This document shows positions 59,042 through 64,000 of a stretch of DNA of 64,000 nt, one piece after another; within the stretch, counting starts at the first letter, position 1, and each line of letters begins with the position of its first letter. This DNA is from an uncultured Pseudomonadota bacterium (GTDB lineage Bacteria; Vulcanimicrobiota; Vulcanimicrobiia; Eremiobacterales; Eremiobacteraceae): the NCBI GenBank assembly GCA_963736005.1, contig CAVTNB010000001.1, positions 1,991,379-2,055,378 of the forward strand. Direction: 5' to 3'. The translations under genes were made by a program, and so were the position numbers. The notes beneath the pieces were generated by a model, which ran no database searches, had not been told where the DNA came from, and saw only the letters and a program-made list of their open reading frames with translations.

Positions 59042-60057
59042 ATGCGCGGGCTGGTCATTGGCGGCGGCGCCATCGGTCAGTACATGGCTGCTCGCCTCAC
59101 GCAGGGCGGCCAAGAGGCCGTCATTATGGCGCGGCCTACGCAGGCTGACGCTATCAATGCAAACGGTGTCGCGCTGCAAGTTAACGGCTCAGCCTTTCGA
59201 TGGCCCGTTCACGCAACCGCCGAGCTCGAGCGATACGCTTCTGCGCGATCCTTTCGAACTTGTCATTGTTGCGGTCAAGGCCTACTCAACCGGCGAAGCG
59301 GTGCGGACGATCAGTAGCGTTGCCGCGTGCAGCCAAGCCTCTATCCTTACCGTGCAAAACGGGCTCGGAAACGAAGAAGAACTCGCAGAAGCGTTTGGCG
59401 CCGATCGCGTCATCGCCGGAGCGCTCACAGTGGCGGTCGACCGAGTGGACGCCACGACCGTTGCAGCCACGAAGAAAGGTGGCCTGTGCATTTCACCGGT
59501 TGGTCGTCGCCTCACAACTGGGTGATCGCAACGATGTCGAGTTCGGGGCTCCTGGTGCGCGCGATATCGAGCTGGCGAGCACTCAAGTGGTCCAAGCTGT
59601 GCATCAACATTCTTGGCAATGGCGTGTGCGCGGCGTTGGATTGGTTGCCCGAACAAGTGTACGCCGACCCAGCTCGCCTTTTCGATTGAGCGCGCATGCC
59701 TGCGCGAAACGATTGCCGTTATGGACAAACTCGAGCTACTCCCGTTAACCTCATCGACTTCCCCACAGCTCTGCTCGTCGCGCCGCGCGCTTGCTGCCAG
59801 CACCAATACTCCGCACAGTCCTTAAGCGTCGCGTCGCCAGTGGGCGCGGCGGTAAACTTCCCTCGCTGCTCATGGATTTGCGCGCTGGCAGACCACAAAC
59901 AGAGGTGATGGCGCTCAACGGAGCAGTCGCGCTCAATGCGGTGAGGACGGGGATGCCCGCTCCAGCGAATGCAAAAATCTCATCCGTGGTCAGCGCCATT
60001 GCCTCAGGTCAGACTTCGTGGGACGAGTATCGCGGCCAGCCATCGAGACTAATGTAG
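59042..60057 (+). CDS. panE: ketopantoate reductase family protein (several apparent frameshifts)
   Basis: GGGAIG, VKAYST, QNGLG, KWSKLCIN, SLLMDL..TEV..LNGAV across frames. Confidence 0.8.
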
Positions 60058-60135
60058 TCTCGCGAATTTATTCGCGAGGGAGTAGTGTCGCGAATTTATT
60101 CGCGCGAGCATGTAGTGTCGCGAATTTATTCGCGA
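60053..60135 (+). repeat. family C REP, three tandem copies
   Basis: GTAGT(C/G)TCGCGAATTTATTCGCG at about 29-bp period. Confidence 0.9.
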
Positions 60136-60151
60136 CGAACTCAGTGAGGGG

Positions 60152-60995
60152 CTAGTATTGCCCTAACGTTCCATCCATTTTGGCGCGTTGGACCGCGCGC
60201 CCAAAGCTCGATAGTGATATCGGGAGCAGCACTGCCGCCGCAATAAGCAGCCAAATCGCATCCGGAGCTAGTTGTGCAAGCGTTGCGCCGTGAACTGCGC
60301 CTCGGATCCCATCGAGCGCGTGCCTGATAGGCAGCAGCCAGGAAACATCTTGCAACACCTTAGGCAACGCACTAACCGGGAAGAGTACACCTCCGAGCAG
60401 CTGAGTCAGGCCTCCCATGACAAACCCGGTGCCAGTTGCTTGCTTAAACGTCATAATCCCCGCGGCACTCATCACGCCCAGCGGAGACATGCAAGCAATA
60501 GTGAGCAACGTGAACACGACAGCACTGAGGATATTGACATGTGTGAGGCTCAATCCAAGGCATACGGCCAAGATCATGAAGAGCGCGACCTGCATTAGCG
60601 TCAACGTGAAGGCCCATAGTCCTCTCGACAAGATAATGATAGGCAGGCTCGTGGGAGTGGCGATTATCGCTTCCAGTGTGCCGGCCAACTGGTCATCACG
60701 AATGGCGGTTTGAAAGCATTGTATGGCAGTAGCCTGAAAGCGCACAAACGCCAAGTTGACGACGATAAAATCGAAATACCGCGCAGCATGGCCACCGAAG
60801 CCAAACTTTGCGGATGGCCCAATGAGGCCGGAGATAAAGTAAAAGACCAGCACCTGCACTGCAATGCCGATCCAGGCTCGTCCAAAATGCAAAATCGTAG
60901 GACAGCGCCAACGCAGCATCTCGTTGGAACATCGCGCCGGACTTGCGCAGCACGCTGAGCCAGCCACGGGGGAGGGGGAGCGCACTAGCTCTCAT
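60152..60995 (-). CDS. ABC-2 type permease (one apparent frameshift near 60875)
   Basis: RDAALALSYDFAF, GTLEAIIATP, LGGVLFPVSALP, LLPIRHALDGIR. Confidence 0.88.
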
Positions 60996-62052
60996 CGCGA
61001 TTCCTCGTAAGACCAACAAAGACGTCCAGTGGCTGAGGCTCTTCCGATCGAAAACTCTTCACGCCTACGCCACTTGAGGCTAACGTCCGAAGGACTTCGC
61101 TGACAGGACCCCCTGTCGGGTCCAGTTCGACGCTTAACGACACGCCATCTAACGTATCGGATGAACTCACGCGAAGGACGCCACCGATTGCCCGCAGCGC
61201 GCCAATCAAATTATCAGAAGAGCCATCTATGGCGATGTGGTAGCGAATGAACGGCGCCAGCTGGCTGTCGAGCTCTCGCGGTGGACCCTTGGCGACAATC
61301 CGCCCTTCGTTCACCACGGCAACGGTATCGCAAATTGCCCAGGCTTCTTCCAAAGAGTTGGTGGCGAGCACTCCGGTCTTGCCTCGCCGAGTAACCAACT
61401 CGTCGCGAATCAAGGCTCGGATTTCACGAGCGTGGAGTGGATCGACCGCGCGCGTTGGTTCATCTAAGAAGATGATGTCGGGATCTCCAAGCAACGCTCG
61501 AGCCAACGAAAGCCGCTGTCGCATGCCTGATGAGAACCCGTCAAAGCGGCGATCCAAAGCGAAATTGAGGTCGACCATTGACGCGACTTCTTCAATGCGC
61601 TGGTCAAGAGCATTGCCAAACAAACCCGCGAGAGCTCCGAAAAAGCGTAGGTTCTTGCGCGCCGTAAGCCGGTAGTAGAAACTGCGTTCCTCACTTGTGC
61701 ACAGGCCGATTCTCCGCTTGACCGCCATCGGTCGCTTTATCGCATCAATTCCTGAAATAAAGATCTGCCCGCTGTCCGCGACGCACAACGTCGCAAGCAT
61801 CTTGAGCAACGTCGTCTTGCCGGCGCCGTTCGGGCCCAAGAGCCCAAAGAGTTCCCCCGGCCGGACCTCAAGCGAAATGTTATGGAGGACGGTGCGTCGT
61901 GGAACTGCACCGCGATACCGGACCCACGAAGCCAGGCTTAACGTGGTGGGAAACGATTTAACAACATCTCGGACGAGGACGGCTGGCTGTTCAGAGGGAT
62001 GGTCTTCGGCGGGCGAAACAATAGTGGGCCGAGTTGCGTTTAGTATGGGCAT
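60985..62052 (-). CDS. ABC-2 exporter ATP-binding protein
   Basis: GPNGAGKTT, FSSGMRQR, IFLDEPT. Confidence 0.95.
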   Translation of the reverse strand: MPILNATRPTIVSPAEDHPSEQPAVLVRDVVKSFPTTLSLASWVRYRGAVPRRTVLHNISLEVRPGELFGLLGPNGAGKTTLLKMLATLCVADSGQIFISGIDAIKRPMAVKRRIGLCTSEERSFYYRLTARKNLRFFGALAGLFGNALDQRIEEVASMVDLNFALDRRFDGFSSGMRQRLSLARALLGDPDIIFLDEPTRAVDPLHAREIRALIRDELVTRRGKTGVLATNSLEEAWAICDTVAVVNEGRIVAKGPPRELDSQLAPFIRYHIAIDGSSDNLIGALRAIGGVLRVSSSDTLDGVSLSVELDPTGGPVSEVLRTLASSGVGVKSFRSEEPQPLDVFVGLTRNRDES

Positions 62053-62400
62053 CGTGCGATTACAACTTTACGCTTTTGCGACTAAAGACCTTGGTAAGAA
62101 GGTCATGCCACGACAACGAGTGCGATGTTGACTTCAAGAATTGCGGCCAGCTTCTAATCGCGTCAGCTCTTTCCACACAGCAGCGTGGACGGTGGGAAAG
62201 CCGAGTCAACCTTCTCTATATATCGGCAACCAGAGCGCGATCTTTCATATGAGAGAAGTGTGGAGGATTGGCGGGCGGAGCATTTCTAAAGCGCAATTCG
62301 GTTGAGCTGTGAAATCATGGCACGCTCTACCAGTGATCGTGGTTGATCGTGTTCGAAGTTAATCGGTGTGACAGATTTGGGTCTGAATCGAGCGTAGATT

Positions 62401-63126
62401 GTGTCGTCTGTGAAATCTTGGTTGAAGAATCACCTGTCCGATGATGCGCAGCATTTGCTGCGTCGCGCCGTCAGCTGGCCACCCATCATCGATTTTCCGC
62501 CTGACCTCGAGCGCACCGTGTTTCTCGCAAGTCCGGGCCGAAGCGGTTCGGGTTGGGTCGCCAACATCATCAACTACAAGAACGATTACCGATACATATA
62601 CGAGCCATTCAATCCACTCCAACAAATTGCGTCTCCAGGCTTTAGCGTGGGCCGCTACCTGCGCCCAGACGACCGCGATCCGACGCTATTGAAAGTGGCC
62701 GGAAGGCTGCTCACCGGCAGGATGGGCTACAACAAATTGCTCGATGTCGACAACAAACGCTTCATCGCGAGTCGCCGTCTCATTAAGGAAGTCAGCGCAA
62801 ATCTTTGGCTCAAGTGGCTGCACGCCAACTTTCCAGAAGTGAAGATTGTCTTGCTTTTCCGGCATCCTTGCGCCGTCGTCTGCTCGCGCATCAGGCACAA
62901 TAACCCGGTCTACTTCAGGCCGTACCTCGATCAGCCCGACTTGATGGCTGACTTCCTTGCGCCATTCAAGTCCGAACTTGAACGTGCAAGTTCAGGTGAT
63001 GACTGGGATCAACGCATGTTTGCCTGGTGCATTCAGCACTATGTTCCCCTCAAGCAGTTCGCAAAGGGCGAGATTCACTTGGCCTTTTACGAGAACTTTG
63101 CCGAAAAGCCTTTAAAAGAGCAATGA
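62401..63126 (+). CDS. sulfotransferase family protein, apparently 3'-truncated
   Basis: GRSGSGW PAPS loop, YEPF, LFRHPCAVVCS, FYENFAEKP then abrupt stop. Confidence 0.8.
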   Translation: MSSVKSWLKNHLSDDAQHLLRRAVSWPPIIDFPPDLERTVFLASPGRSGSGWVANIINYKNDYRYIYEPFNPLQQIASPGFSVGRYLRPDDRDPTLLKVAGRLLTGRMGYNKLLDVDNKRFIASRRLIKEVSANLWLKWLHANFPEVKIVLLFRHPCAVVCSRIRHNNPVYFRPYLDQPDLMADFLAPFKSELERASSGDDWDQRMFAWCIQHYVPLKQFAKGEIHLAFYENFAEKPLKEQ

Positions 63127-64000
63127 TCGGCGAAGGGTAATTCCCTGCTGGGGAGATCCAACAAACACTTCATTGTAGTAATTCCACATCGTCGAAGTCA
63201 ATCCATGGGCTATAGCGTTCGGGGTGACAGGGTTGTGGCTCGTATAATTGAGTGGGTTTCCAATCACTCCACCGAATGCCAAATTGAACATAGTTCCGGT
63301 GTTATTGAAACCTGCGGAATTGAAGAAGGCTGCGGCCCATCCTACATCGACTACTGGCGCACCACCACCCGCACCAGACCATGCAGGCCCCGTTTGACCA
63401 CTAGCTGAACCTCCAAAGGTCGCTGAGATCGGGACATTTGTAGGAACGCTATTTCCCTGTGATATGTTTCGTTGAAGCTGAAAGAGACACGGGACCCCGC
63501 CTGCCGTCATGACTACGAGACTATTGTCTGTCGAGTCATACTGATTCGGGATGTATTGACCGACGGCGTAACTCGTACCATTGATGACCACGTCACCAAC
63601 ATTCCACGGATAAGAGCCTGCGTACTGACCTTCATCATATAAAGTGTTGGCCGTCCACGCCACAGGTTGCGGGTTGAGTATAGTGAACTCTGCGCTGCCC
63701 GATCCAAAAGATGATCCCGTTGTTCCTGACTTTGTGACCTGATACCAAACCCCGCCATTCTGGATGAACCCAGAAATGGAGTAGTAAGTATCCGCCTGCC
63801 ATGAGGAGAATGTAGAGTTAGTCTCAGAAGTAGTGACAGCGACAGTAGGCGCAGCAATGCCCCAATTCTGGACGTTGCTACCTCGGTTGACCCACAACAG
63901 ATTTCCATCAAGGACGAAGTTCCCGCTATCTGTACCGATACCGACAGGCGCACCCCAATATGGATTCGTGTTCGACACGTAATCTGCGTACGTTCCCCAA
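63112..64000 (-). CDS. low-GC, Gly/Asn/Thr-rich protein, phage structural/adhesin-like (5' end outside window)
   Basis: Frame is open to the window edge; WQADTYYS, WTANTLYDEG, YQVTKSGTTGS repeats resemble small carbohydrate-binding modules. Confidence 0.55.
   Translation of the reverse strand, partial: WGTYADYVSNTNPYWGAPVGIGTDSGNFVLDGNLLWVNRGSNVQNWGIAAPTVAVTTSETNSTFSSWQADTYYSISGFIQNGGVWYQVTKSGTTGSSFGSGSAEFTILNPQPVAWTANTLYDEGQYAGSYPWNVGDVVINGTSYAVGQYIPNQYDSTDNSLVVMTAGGVPCLFQLQRNISQGNSVPTNVPISATFGGSASGQTGPAWSGAGGGAPVVDVGWAAAFFNSAGFNNTGTMFNLAFGGVIGNPLNYTSHNPVTPNAIAHGLTSTMWNYYNEVFVGSPQQGITLRRSLLF

Noticed and set aside
11593..60135. Tandem palindromic repeats as CRISPR arrays
   Set aside because: Only 2-4 units, spacers absent or about 11 nt or shorter, dispersed in mixed families, no cas genes; they fit REPs.
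1..64000. tRNA, rRNA, transposase, integrase, reverse transcriptase or RAYT genes
   Set aside because: None recognised in the ORF track or intergenic regions; a covariance-model scan was not possible.

Overview
GC-rich bacterial chromosome segment from a diderm (TonB receptor, OmpA, porin) with Firmicutes-like gene order and leaders; a Candidatus Eremiobacterota/Vulcanimicrobiota origin is inferred, not proven. It carries a pentose-phosphate operon (tkt, tal-pgi fusion, gnd, zwf, opcA, pgl), a selenocysteine-containing selD missed by the ORF track, infC-rpmI-rplT-trmH-yqzL-pheST, a B12 acyl-CoA mutase cluster, gltX-glmU, argS, dprA-rlmH, nrdR-dut-panE, two toxin-antitoxin pairs and transporters. 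Two blocks (about 16-24 kb and 58-61 kb) are dense in frameshifts, most likely long-read errors. Two signals stand out. (1) A self-contained cassette at 38-46 kb: a SARP/BTAD-STAND-TPR regulator, three promoters with identical TGGACG-N5-TGGACG-N9-(-10) architecture, four secreted/lipoprotein genes including an OmpA protein, and a 69-aa partner. (2) About 30 copies of four or five GTAG-tagged palindromic repeat families that supply stop codons to eight genes, sit in-frame inside five genes and show a half-repeat stutter pattern.
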